Assembly: GCA_964510485.1 (NCBI GenBank)
Contig: CAZEBT010000002.1
Location: forward strand, 1 to 37,914
DNA from: an uncultured Dehalococcoidales bacterium
Lineage (GTDB): Bacteria; Chloroflexota; Dehalococcoidia; Dehalococcoidales; Fen-1064
Length of the DNA stretch: 37,914 nt
Direction of reading: 5' to 3'
Made by a program: the position numbers and the translations under genes. Within the stretch, counting starts at the first letter, position 1; the number at the start of each line of letters is the position of its first letter. Below, piece by piece: positions 1-8,240 of the stretch. The notes under the pieces are model-generated. The model was given only the letters and a program-made list of their open reading frames with translations. It was not told the origin of the DNA and did no database searches.

Positions 1-2420
1 GCAAGCTCTCTAGCCAGGAGGGAGTGTTCTGGTCTCTTGAGAGCCTTATCCTTTTTGAAGAGCTTCTCGGCTTCGCTGCGGGCAAGCTCCAGCAGGGCGA
101 TATCGGATAGCTTTGCCATGCGGAGGTCGGGCAGTCCGCTCTGACGGGTGCCGAAGAACTCGCCGGGGCCACGCAGGCGCAGGTCCTCCTCGGCTAGCTG
201 GAAGCCGTCCTGTACCTTCTCTATGATGTCGAGCCGCTCCCTGCCTATCTCCGAGGGGTTCTGTGCCAGCAGCATGCAGTAGCTCTGCTCCTGCCCTCTT
301 CCCACCCGGCCGCGGAACTGGTGAAGCTGCGAAAGCCCGAAGCGGTCGGCGCTCTCCACCATCATTACCGTGGCGTTGGGGACATCTATACCGACCTCTA
401 CTACCGGGGTGGAGACAAGGATATTCAGTTCGCCGGAGCGGAAGCGGCGCATAACATCGTCCTTTTTGGCGGCGGACAGGCGACCGTGAAGCAGCCCTAA
501 CCTGAGGTCGGGGAAGACATCCTGAGAAAGGCGCTCGTATTCAGCCATAGCCGCCCTTGCCTGGATAGCCTCCGACTCTTCTATCAGGGGGCAGATGATA
601 AATGCCTGGTGGCCGGCGGCAATCTGGCGGCGTACAAAGGCATGGGCGCTATTCCTTTGGGATGGTTTGAGCCACTTCGTTTTCACCGATTGTCTTCCTG
701 GAGGTAGCTCGTCGATGACCGATAGGTCGAGGTCACCGTAGAGGGTCAGGGCAAGCGTGCGGGGTATAGGTGTGGCTGTCATGACCAGCACGTGCGGGTT
801 AAAGCCCTTCTGCCGCAGGGTTGAACGCTGGGCAACGCCGAAGCGGTGCTGCTCATCAACTACCGCCAGGCCTAACCGTTTAAATTCCACTTCCTTCTGA
901 ATAAGGGCGTGGGTGCCGATAACAATATCTATATCGCCATTAAGAATGCGCTGGTGGAGTTCCTGTTTTCTGGCTTGAGGGATGTCACCGATGAGGAGGG
1001 CAATAGTGAGAGGACGGTTGAGAAGCCCGGAGTAGCTGTGCAGGTAGCTCTCCGGCTCTTGTCCGTGCCCGGCGCCGTCCAGGAGCTGGCAGATAGTGGA
1101 GAAGTGCTGCTCGGCCAGAATCTCGGTGGGTGCCATGAATGCACCCTGGTAGCCGTTGGCAGCAGCTACAAGCAGGGTGGTGGTGGCTACTACCGTTTTA
1201 CCACTGCCCACCTCTCCCTGGAGCAGACGGGACATTGGCTGCGGTTTCTCAAGGTCGGCTAGCAGCTCCCTGAGCACCCTCTGCTGAGCGCCGGTCAGGC
1301 TGAAGGGTAGAGACTTGAGGAAGGTGTCTGGCACCGGTGTCCGGGCACTGAAAGGGTTGCCCGGCTGGTCTTCCTGCCACTGCCGCTTCCTGGTCAGCAC
1401 GCCCAGCTGGAGGAGGTAAAGCTCATCAAAAGCCAGGCGGCTCCTTGCCCTGTCCTTTAGTGCCCTGTCTTCGGGGTAGTGGGCCTGGGATATGGCTTCG
1501 GGCAGGTCCAGCAGGTTACACCGCTCTTTAACATCCGGCGGCAGGAAGTCTTCTACCTGCCGTGCCCACTGGTCAATGACCCCTTTCATGAGTTTCCTTA
1601 CCTGGCGCGGGCGCAGCCCCCGGGTAAGGGGGTAGATAGGGACCAGACGCCCGGTGTGAATCAGTTCCCTGTCTTCCATCGGTTCCCACTCCGGGGACTC
1701 GAAGACATGGCGCCCGTTAAAGAGGCTCACCCGGCCGCTGAGGACTATTCTGGTATTGGGGGCTAGCTGCTTGGACAGGTAGGGATTGTTAAACCACACT
1801 ACCCTGACATTGCCGGTCTCATCGCCAACAATAGCCTCAGTGCTCAGTCTGCCGCCGAGCCTGGTTTCCACTGCCTGCCACACATTAGCGACAATGGTCT
1901 CTTCCTCACCCTCGGTAAGCTGTGAGACGGTCTTTTTCTGGCTGTAGTCAAGGTGGCGGTTGGGGAAGAAATAGAGCAGGTCTCTGATTGTTTTAACCCC
2001 CAGCTTGCTGAATTTGGTAGCCAGGTTTGCGCTGATGCCGGTCACGATGGTAATCGGTGAATCAAGGGACAAATCGACGGCTGGTGGCTGCCCTCTTTTT
2101 CGTGGAGGCGGTTTGCTGGCCTGTGGGATGGGCCTGGCCTGGCTCTTTCCTTCCTCACTACGCTCTACCTCAGCCAGGAAGTCGAGTATACCCTTCACCT
2201 GTTCCTGGCGCTGCTGTTTGGTTGAGGATGCGTAGCTGGAGTCAGGTAATTTAAGCCTGCGAAAGCGTCTGAGGAGGTTCGGGCTGGCTAGCGACTCCAT
2301 GGCAGGGCCAGCCCAGTTGTGCAGGAACCTGTCCAGACCGCCAATAACGGCTGAGTCCAGATAGCCCTTCTTATGTTCTAGCTCAAGAATCTTACGTAGC
2401 GATTCGGTATCCAGTGACAA
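1..2420 (-). CDS. recG: ATP-dependent DNA helicase RecG (C-terminus off the left edge), with a roughly 120-aa N-terminal extension
   Basis: Open minus-strand frame running off the window, so it is absent from the ORF track. My translation shows QGEVGSGKT (Walker A), VVDEQHRFG (DEQH box), TATPIPRTL and a wedge-domain-like region LGVKTIRDLLYFFPNRHLDY. The first start after an in-frame TAA is TTG at 2420-2418, preceded by AGGAGAAGG. Confidence 0.9.
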   Translation of the reverse strand, partial: MSLDTESLRKILELEHKKGYLDSAVIGGLDRFLHNWAGPAMESLASPNLLRRFRRLKLPDSSYASSTKQQRQEQVKGILDFLAEVERSEEGKSQARPIPQASKPPPRKRGQPPAVDLSLDSPITIVTGISANLATKFSKLGVKTIRDLLYFFPNRHLDYSQKKTVSQLTEGEEETIVANVWQAVETRLGGRLSTEAIVGDETGNVRVVWFNNPYLSKQLAPNTRIVLSGRVSLFNGRHVFESPEWEPMEDRELIHTGRLVPIYPLTRGLRPRQVRKLMKGVIDQWARQVEDFLPPDVKERCNLLDLPEAISQAHYPEDRALKDRARSRLAFDELYLLQLGVLTRKRQWQEDQPGNPFSARTPVPDTFLKSLPFSLTGAQQRVLRELLADLEKPQPMSRLLQGEVGSGKTVVATTTLLVAAANGYQGAFMAPTEILAEQHFSTICQLLDGAGHGQEPESYLHSYSGLLNRPLTIALLIGDIPQARKQELHQRILNGDIDIVIGTHALIQKEVEFKRLGLAVVDEQHRFGVAQRSTLRQKGFNPHVLVMTATPIPRTLALTLYGDLDLSVIDELPPGRQSVKTKWLKPSQRNSAHAFVRRQIAAGHQAFIICPLIEESEAIQARAAMAEYERLSQDVFPDLRLGLLHGRLSAAKKDDVMRRFRSGELNILVSTPVVEVGIDVPNATVMMVESADRFGLSQLHQFRGRVGRGQEQSYCMLLAQNPSEIGRERLDIIEKVQDGFQLAEEDLRLRGPGEFFGTRQSGLPDLRMAKLSDIALLELARSEAEKLFKKDKALKRPEHSLLAREL

Positions 2421-2541
2421 GACCCTTCTCCTGTACGGTATATAGCTATAGCTGAGAGCTGGGGCTATTTATCCTTGGTACATACAGAGAGAGTAAAGAC
2501 CTCCTCCTTGATGGCTTGTCTGGTGTAGTATCAGGTTTGAC

Positions 2542-3405
2542 TTACTCATCATCCCGCCCGATACTGCTTATCTTCTCCCTCAGAGCTAGAATAAGAGTAC
2601 CAGGGCCGCCATGAACCCCTAACGCTGGTCCCAGCCTAGATATATGAATCCGTTTCCTATCAAAGATAGGAGCTATGCGCTCCTTTAGCGAACAGGCTTC
2701 ATCAGGTGTAGTGCTATGGACAATAGCTAATTCCTGGACATTGAGAACGTTCTTTACCAGGTCATATAAACGGTCTATACCTTTTGAGCGGGTACGGGCT
2801 TGACCGGCAGGAAAAAGCTCGCCGTCGCGCATGGTAATCAGGGGTTTCACATTCAACACGCTGCCAATCAGTGCCCTGGCTTTACCGATGCGTCCGCCTA
2901 AAAGTAAGTATTTAAGGGTATCAAAGACACCAAGCAGGCGTATACTGGAGATGGACTCTCTTATCTCCTCCCTTACCCTTCGCAAATCCTCACCGGCCGC
3001 AGCCAGTCTGGCAGCAGACATGGTTATCAGCCCTAAGCCCATAGACACTGAACGCGAATCTACTATCTCAATACGACGCCCGGTTGCTGCCAGCTCTCTG
3101 CCCTGCAGTGCTGAGGCGTAGGTGCCACTTAATTTGCTGGTGACGTGGATGCAGATTATCTCGTCGGTCTCCTTGGCTAGCTTGCGGTAGACATCAGCAA
3201 AGTCGGTGGGTGGTGGCTGGGAAGTAGAGGGGTGAGTGTGGCTTGTCATCAGTTTCTGGTAGAATTCATCGTGGCTCATATCTATGCCATCGCGGTAGCT
3301 CTCCTCTCCGAAGCGTAGATATACTGGCACCACGGTAATCCCCAAAGCCTCAGCTACCTGACTTGGCAGGTCGGCAGTGCTATCAGTTACAATCCTGACA
3401 CTCAC
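2542..3405 (-). CDS. DegV family fatty-acid-binding protein (FakB-like), paralog 1
   Basis: 287-aa ORF. The N-terminus VRIVTDSTADLP, the TSQPPP motif and the overall length are typical of DegV/DUF194. It is tandem with two paralogs and a DAK2 gene. Confidence 0.85.
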   Translation of the reverse strand: MSVRIVTDSTADLPSQVAEALGITVVPVYLRFGEESYRDGIDMSHDEFYQKLMTSHTHPSTSQPPPTDFADVYRKLAKETDEIICIHVTSKLSGTYASALQGRELAATGRRIEIVDSRSVSMGLGLITMSAARLAAAGEDLRRVREEIRESISSIRLLGVFDTLKYLLLGGRIGKARALIGSVLNVKPLITMRDGELFPAGQARTRSKGIDRLYDLVKNVLNVQELAIVHSTTPDEACSLKERIAPIFDRKRIHISRLGPALGVHGGPGTLILALREKISSIGRDDE

Positions 3406-3422
3406 AAAGAATCCTGCCTCAT

Positions 3423-4274
3423 TTATGTGGCTACTCTCTGTCTCCCATTACAGCCAGCAGTAGAAGACCGGGGGCCGGTATGGGTGCCGATTACAGGGGT
3501 TGTCCCTGAGCGGTAGATGCGCTCCCTGGGGAATCTGGCACTGAGCAGCTCTACCAGTATTTCGGCTTCATCAGGACAGGCAGCATCCTCCACGGCAATA
3601 TCATCAATGTGGGAGAAGCTGGCAGCAAAATCGTACAGCTGGTCGATTGCCTTAGCCCGGGAGCGCGTTCTACCAGCCGGCTCAACGACGCCATCCTTCA
3701 GGCTGATAATGGGGTTTACCTTGAGCATTGACCCCATAAGTGCCTGTGCCCGGCCAATCCGCCCGCCCCTCCTGAGGAATTCCAGCGTGTTAAGGGTGGC
3801 GCGCATGTCCACGCGGTTCATGTTGTGGTGTACCTGGGCAAGGACCTCTTCCAGACTTGCCCCGTCCCGGGCAGCCCTGGCGGCAGAGATAACCATGAAT
3901 CCCTGTGCCATAGCAGCCCATTTTGAATCGACCACCTCCACACGGCACTTGCGGCGCATCATCTTGACACTCTGCAGAGCCACATCGTAGGTGCCGCTTA
4001 GCTTTGAAGTAAGGGCAATAGTCAGGATTTCATCGGTCTCCTCGGCGAGCCTGTCATATTCCCTGGCGAAGGCTACTGGCGATGGTACTGAGGTGACGGG
4101 TAGCAGCCTGGTGTGTCTCAGCCTCTCGTAGAACTGCTCGGTGGTGAGGTCAACGCCGTCCCGGTAGACCTCTTCACCAAAGCGGACATTCAGCGGGACA
4201 ATGGTAATTCCAAGCTCCTGGGCTACCTGAGGTGGCAGGTCGGCTACGCTGTCAGTAACAATCTTGACTGGCAT
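3423..4274 (-). CDS. DegV family protein (FakB-like), paralog 2; the 3' tail appears frameshifted at a G5/C5 run
   Basis: 283-aa ORF starting MPVKIVTDSVADLP. After ...GTHTGP the tail reads RSSTAGCNGRQRVAT, unlike the paralogs. Removing one G from the run at 3470-3474 gives GLLLLAVMGDRE* (stop at 3431-3433), which matches the paralog tails. Confidence 0.8.
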   Translation of the reverse strand: MPVKIVTDSVADLPPQVAQELGITIVPLNVRFGEEVYRDGVDLTTEQFYERLRHTRLLPVTSVPSPVAFAREYDRLAEETDEILTIALTSKLSGTYDVALQSVKMMRRKCRVEVVDSKWAAMAQGFMVISAARAARDGASLEEVLAQVHHNMNRVDMRATLNTLEFLRRGGRIGRAQALMGSMLKVNPIISLKDGVVEPAGRTRSRAKAIDQLYDFAASFSHIDDIAVEDAACPDEAEILVELLSARFPRERIYRSGTTPVIGTHTGPRSSTAGCNGRQRVAT

Positions 4275-4277
4275 GAG

Positions 4278-5123
4278 CTACCCTCCTTCCGCCTCTAAAA
4301 CCGTTACGGCGATGGCATTGGGACCGCCGTATACCCCCAGGACCGGGCTTACCGTTGAGCGGTAGATAATCTCTCTGGGGAATAGCGGGCTGAGGCGCTC
4401 AACGAGCTTGTCGGCTTCATCCGGCAGGGTAGTGTGTTCTACAGCCAGTGCCTCAATACTGGTAAAGCCAGTTACAAGGTTGTGCAGATAGTCCATACCG
4501 GCTGCTTGAGACCGCAGCCTGGTTACCGGTGATATCTCGCCTTCCCTGACAGTGAGTATTGGTTTTATTGATAGCATTGAGCCCAGCAGTCCCTGTGCCC
4601 TGCCGATACGCCCTCCCTTGGCCAGATATTTGAGGGTGTCGAAATAGGCGACAAAGTGTGACCGATTTAACGCTCGGCGCGCGAAGCCAGTAAGCTCGTC
4701 CAGCTTGGCGCCACTCCGGGCTTTCCTGGCAGCAGAGATAACTACCAGCCCCAGACCCATAGCCACAGTTAGTGAGTCAATCACCTCAATCCGGCACTCC
4801 TTTTCTACCAGGTCCTTGGCGGCCAGTGCTGATTGATAGGTGCCGCTGAGTTTAGAGGACAGGGTGATGACCAGGATTTCATCGGTTTCCTCAGCCAGCC
4901 TTTCATAGACATCGGCGAAGTCCCTGGGCGGAGGCTGGGTAGTGGTTGGCCAGACATTACCATGAATCAGCCGGTGATAGAACTCGTCGGTGGTTATGGT
5001 GACCCTGTCGAGGTATGCCTCGCTGCCGAAGAATACGGTTAGAGGCACAATGGTAATTCCCAGCTCTTCAGCAATATCACTGGTGATATCAGACAGACTA
5101 TCGGTGACAATCTTTACTGCCAT
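4278..5123 (-). CDS. DegV family protein (FakB-like), paralog 3
   Basis: 281-aa ORF starting MAVKIVTDSLSDI, with TTQPPP. There is a 3-nt gap to paralog 2. Confidence 0.85.
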   Translation of the reverse strand: MAVKIVTDSLSDITSDIAEELGITIVPLTVFFGSEAYLDRVTITTDEFYHRLIHGNVWPTTTQPPPRDFADVYERLAEETDEILVITLSSKLSGTYQSALAAKDLVEKECRIEVIDSLTVAMGLGLVVISAARKARSGAKLDELTGFARRALNRSHFVAYFDTLKYLAKGGRIGRAQGLLGSMLSIKPILTVREGEISPVTRLRSQAAGMDYLHNLVTGFTSIEALAVEHTTLPDEADKLVERLSPLFPREIIYRSTVSPVLGVYGGPNAIAVTVLEAEGG

Positions 5124-5140
5124 GGCTCAAGTCCTCCTTG

Positions 5141-6775
5141 TCACTCTACGGAGATGATGTAGTTATAATGGGGCTGGTTACCCCGGACTATCTCGACCTG
5201 AAGTTGGGGGTGCTGTTCAAGGATGCCGGCACTAGCCTGCTCGGCTTCAGCCCGCTCAGTATCAGCCCCGTAGTAGATAGTAATGATTTCGCTTTTGTCC
5301 AGGTCCAGTTTAGCCAGCGTATCATTAAGGACATCGGTGACATTATCTCCTACTACTACCAGGTCACCGTCCAGGAGGCCGATAGCCTGTTTTCTCTTAA
5401 TCTTCAGCCCCTTTAGCTTGGTTGAACGGACGGCTCGGGTAATCTCAATTGACTTTACCTCTGATTTTGCCTGAGTCATAATCTGAGCGTTTGTTTTCAG
5501 GTCAGCTTCATAGTCGAAGGCCAGGAGGGCGGCTACCCCCTGCGGTACTGTTTCCGTAGCCACAATCTCGACGCTCTTCTCGGTCAGGGACCTGACCTGC
5601 TCGGCGGTCAGTATGATGTTCTTGTTGTTGGGTAGAATAATGACCTTGTCCGATGCCACCGACTCTGCTGCCTGAAGCAGGTCTTTGGTGCTGGGGTTCA
5701 TCGTCTGTCCACCGGGGACAATGGTTGTTACCCCCAGGCTGGTAAAGACCTCGGCAAGCCCATCGCCGGCAACGACAGCCACCGTGGCAATATCGACGGC
5801 TGGTGCTCTGTCCTTCTGCATCTCAAGGAAGTCCTGGTGCTGCTCATCCATGTTCCGGATACTGACATTGTGCATGGTGCCCAGGGTGGAGGCATAGGTA
5901 ATGATATTGCCCGGATTCTCGGTGTGGATGTGGACTCTGACTGTGGAGTCATTACCGACTACAATCAGGGATTCCCCCTTCTTCTGTAGTCTTGTTTTAA
6001 TCTTATCCGGGTCAAGGCTCTGTCCTTTAAGCATAAACTCGGTACAATATCCAAAAGGCTCTTCATCGGCGGCTATCATCTCCGGTGGTCTCGCCGTCAG
6101 GGGGATGCTGCTGGCAATCATCTGGGGCTTGCGGAACTGCATCTGCTCCGACTGCCCTCTGAGGTACTGAAGAGCGCCCTCCAGGATGGTATAGAGACCC
6201 TGTCCCCCGGCATCCACAACCCCAGACTCTTTCAGCACCGGCAGGAGGCTGGGGGTATTGGCTACTGATTCATTGGCGGCATTAACGGTAGCCTCCATTA
6301 CCGATATCAGGTTGTCATTACCGTTGGCGGTCTGCTCCCGGGCAGCCAGTGAGGCTTCCCTAATCACGGTGAGGATGGTTCCCTCTACAGGATTGCTCAG
6401 CCCTTTGTAAGCCATGGTTGATGCTTCTTTGAGGGCACTAGCCAGGTCGCTACCAGTCATCTTTTCCTTCTCATTGAGGTACTGTGCCATACCCCGCCAG
6501 ATCTGCGATAGTATTACCCCGCTGTTACCCCGGGCTCCCATCAGTGCTCCTGTAGCCATAGACTGGGCTACCGCTGAGGTGCTGTGGTCCGGGGCACGAT
6601 AGGCCTCCTCCATGCTGGAGCGCATGGTCAGCAGCATATTGGTGCCGGTATCACCGTCCGGCACGGGAAAGACGTTGAGGGCATCAATGTCGGAAGCACT
6701 CTTCTCCAGCCAGGTGGTAGCGGCGATAAACATATCCCTCAGTTCCTGCCCGGTAATACTATTGACCTGCTTCAT
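5141..6775 (-). CDS. DAK2-domain protein (YloV/FakA-like fatty acid kinase catalytic subunit)
   Basis: 544 aa. The Dak2 signature PDGDTGTNM lies near the N-terminus. Length and position between rpmB and the DegV/recG genes match the yloV neighbourhood of Firmicutes. Confidence 0.85.
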   Translation of the reverse strand: MKQVNSITGQELRDMFIAATTWLEKSASDIDALNVFPVPDGDTGTNMLLTMRSSMEEAYRAPDHSTSAVAQSMATGALMGARGNSGVILSQIWRGMAQYLNEKEKMTGSDLASALKEASTMAYKGLSNPVEGTILTVIREASLAAREQTANGNDNLISVMEATVNAANESVANTPSLLPVLKESGVVDAGGQGLYTILEGALQYLRGQSEQMQFRKPQMIASSIPLTARPPEMIAADEEPFGYCTEFMLKGQSLDPDKIKTRLQKKGESLIVVGNDSTVRVHIHTENPGNIITYASTLGTMHNVSIRNMDEQHQDFLEMQKDRAPAVDIATVAVVAGDGLAEVFTSLGVTTIVPGGQTMNPSTKDLLQAAESVASDKVIILPNNKNIILTAEQVRSLTEKSVEIVATETVPQGVAALLAFDYEADLKTNAQIMTQAKSEVKSIEITRAVRSTKLKGLKIKRKQAIGLLDGDLVVVGDNVTDVLNDTLAKLDLDKSEIITIYYGADTERAEAEQASAGILEQHPQLQVEIVRGNQPHYNYIISVE

Positions 6776-6859
6776 CTTAGACCATCCTCCCCGATTAGCT
6801 GCCAGGTTTTAGCGAGTAAGACAGACCTGCAGTTATGACGGTTGTTAAGTTTCCCTGGC

Positions 6860-6868
6860 TGTGATAAT
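6860..6868 (+). promoter_or_regulatory. Possible extended -10 element (TGtGATAAT) upstream of rpmB
   Basis: TGTGATAAT at 6860-6868, about 50 nt upstream of the rpmB TTG start. No convincing -35. Confidence 0.25.
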
Positions 6869-6919
6869 ATATTACCATAAGATACTGTAAGTTACCCGAA
6901 TAGTCAAGGAGAAGAAATA

Positions 6920-7123
6920 TTGAAGTGTGACCTGTGTGGGAAAACCCCCCAATTTGGTAATAATGTCAGTCACTCCAAGCGCCACACAAGGCGACGCTGG
7001 GTGCCTAATATTCACCCGGTTACGCTTATTATAGATGGCGAGCGAAAGCGGCTCAACCTCTGTACCAGGTGCCTGCGTACACAGCATAAGGTGGCGGGAA
7101 AGCTACCGGCTAGCCCAGGCTAG
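6920..7123 (+). CDS. rpmB: 50S ribosomal protein L28
   Basis: MKCDLCGKTPQFGNNVSHSKRHTRRRW...CTRCLR is the L28 signature. TTG start with AAGGAGAAG upstream. Confidence 0.9.
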   Translation: MKCDLCGKTPQFGNNVSHSKRHTRRRWVPNIHPVTLIIDGERKRLNLCTRCLRTQHKVAGKLPASPG

Positions 7124-8042
7124 CCCGCATTTTTCTCATTGCTTCGGCTACAGTCTGTCCCGAAGCAAAGACTGCTGCCCCGGCTACCAGTACCCTGGCT
7201 CCGGCATTCACCACCCTGGGAGCAATCTCAGCATTAATGCCGCCATCCACCTCCAGCTCAGCAGCCAGGCCTTTTCTATCCAGCTCTGCCCGTAAACGGG
7301 CTATCTTTTCCAGCGTGTCTTCAATGAAGGTCTGCCCGGCGAAGCCGGGATTTACTGTCATGACGAGAATGAGGTCAACTTCGGGGAGAATTTTATCGAG
7401 TGAGTCTACAGGGGTGGGAGGGTTGAGGGAGACGCCGGCTTTAGCCCCCGATTGTTTAATCTTTTGTACCACCTGGTGAATATGGGGGCAGGCTTCAATA
7501 TGGACGGTGATGATGTCTGCCCCGGCATCAGCAAACTGGCTAATCTGGTGCTCCGGGTTGTCAATCATGAGGTGGACATCAAGGGGGAGGTTGGTCCAGG
7601 AGCGGATAGCAGCCACTACCGGAGCACCGATGGTGATACGGGGTACGAAGTGCCCGTCTATAACATCTACGTGGATATAGTCGGCGCCTGCCCTGGTGAC
7701 TTCAGCCACCTGCTCACCGAGGCGAGCGAAATCGGCTGACAGAATGGAAGGGGCTAGCTTGACGAATTTGCTCTGCAGATACTTCTCAAAGTTATCTATG
7801 ACAACTTGGTCTTTGTTATCGCCATGTTTTCTGAGTAACTTTAGTATCTCTTTATCTTCGTTTTCAAACAGTTTCCTTAATAAACTATCAAACTCGTCTG
7901 TGCTGATCTCAAGCTGTCTTGAGTATTTATCACGAATCGTCGCAGGCTTAACTTGACAGAGTTCAGCAATAATTTGGACAGCTCTATTTCGCCGAGCAGA
8001 GATAGGATGGACATCCTTGAACTCATCTATCATATCTCTCAT
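7110..8042 (-). CDS. rpe: Ribulose-phosphate 3-epimerase with a roughly 94-aa AT-rich N-terminal extension (start uncertain)
   Basis: The core, from residue 95, reads KLAPSILSADFARLGEQV...HVDVIDGHFVP...DVHLM...MTVNPGFAGQ...VDGGI. No canonical start codon lies near the core N-terminus. The ATG at 8042 has no Shine-Dalgarno. Confidence 0.8.
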   Translation of the reverse strand: MRDMIDEFKDVHPISARRNRAVQIIAELCQVKPATIRDKYSRQLEISTDEFDSLLRKLFENEDKEILKLLRKHGDNKDQVVIDNFEKYLQSKFVKLAPSILSADFARLGEQVAEVTRAGADYIHVDVIDGHFVPRITIGAPVVAAIRSWTNLPLDVHLMIDNPEHQISQFADAGADIITVHIEACPHIHQVVQKIKQSGAKAGVSLNPPTPVDSLDKILPEVDLILVMTVNPGFAGQTFIEDTLEKIARLRAELDRKGLAAELEVDGGINAEIAPRVVNAGARVLVAGAAVFASGQTVAEAMRKMRASLG

Positions 8043-8100
8043 TAGAAGGAGTATCTCTTCAATTCTCTCAGACGTAATGTACCTCGTTTACAGGCTGTTT

Positions 8101-8233
8101 ATCAACCTCACCCCCTTAGTCCCCCTCTCCACTCTTGGAGAGGGGGAAGAGGTTTTAGAGAGGGGGCTTCGCCCCCTCTCTAACTTACATTCCCCCTTCC
8201 CTTACTAAGGGAAGGGGGTCAGGGGGATGGGTT
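8101..8233. repeat. Modular GC-rich hairpin repeat cluster, copy R1 (boundary A - hairpin Y - hairpin Z - hairpin X - boundary B)
   Basis: Three hairpins: Y is CCCCCTCTCC/GGAGAGGGGG (8121-8146), Z is AGAGAGGGGGC-TTC-GCCCCCTCTCT (8157-8181), and X is CCCCCTTCCCTT-ACT-AAGGGAAGGGGG (8192-8218). The flanks are ATCAACCTCACCCCCTTAG and AGGGGGATGGGTT. Related modules occur at three other loci. Confidence 0.75.
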
Positions 8234-8240
8234 CTATAAA

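Noticed and set aside
263-1262. Plus-strand ORFs 263-454 and 909-1262 inside the recG region
   Set aside because: They lie opposite the clearly motif-bearing recG frame on the minus strand, and they have no SD or recognisable motifs.
8017-8208. 63-aa plus-strand ORF (…TPLVPLSTLGEGEEVLERGLRPLSNLHSPFPY); the 82-aa minus-strand ORF at 17575-17823 is of the same kind
   Set aside because: Both are read straight through the GC-rich hairpin repeats. Their Pro/Leu/Gly/Glu-rich low-complexity sequence is the translation of palindromic modules. Neither has a Shine-Dalgarno or a family resemblance.
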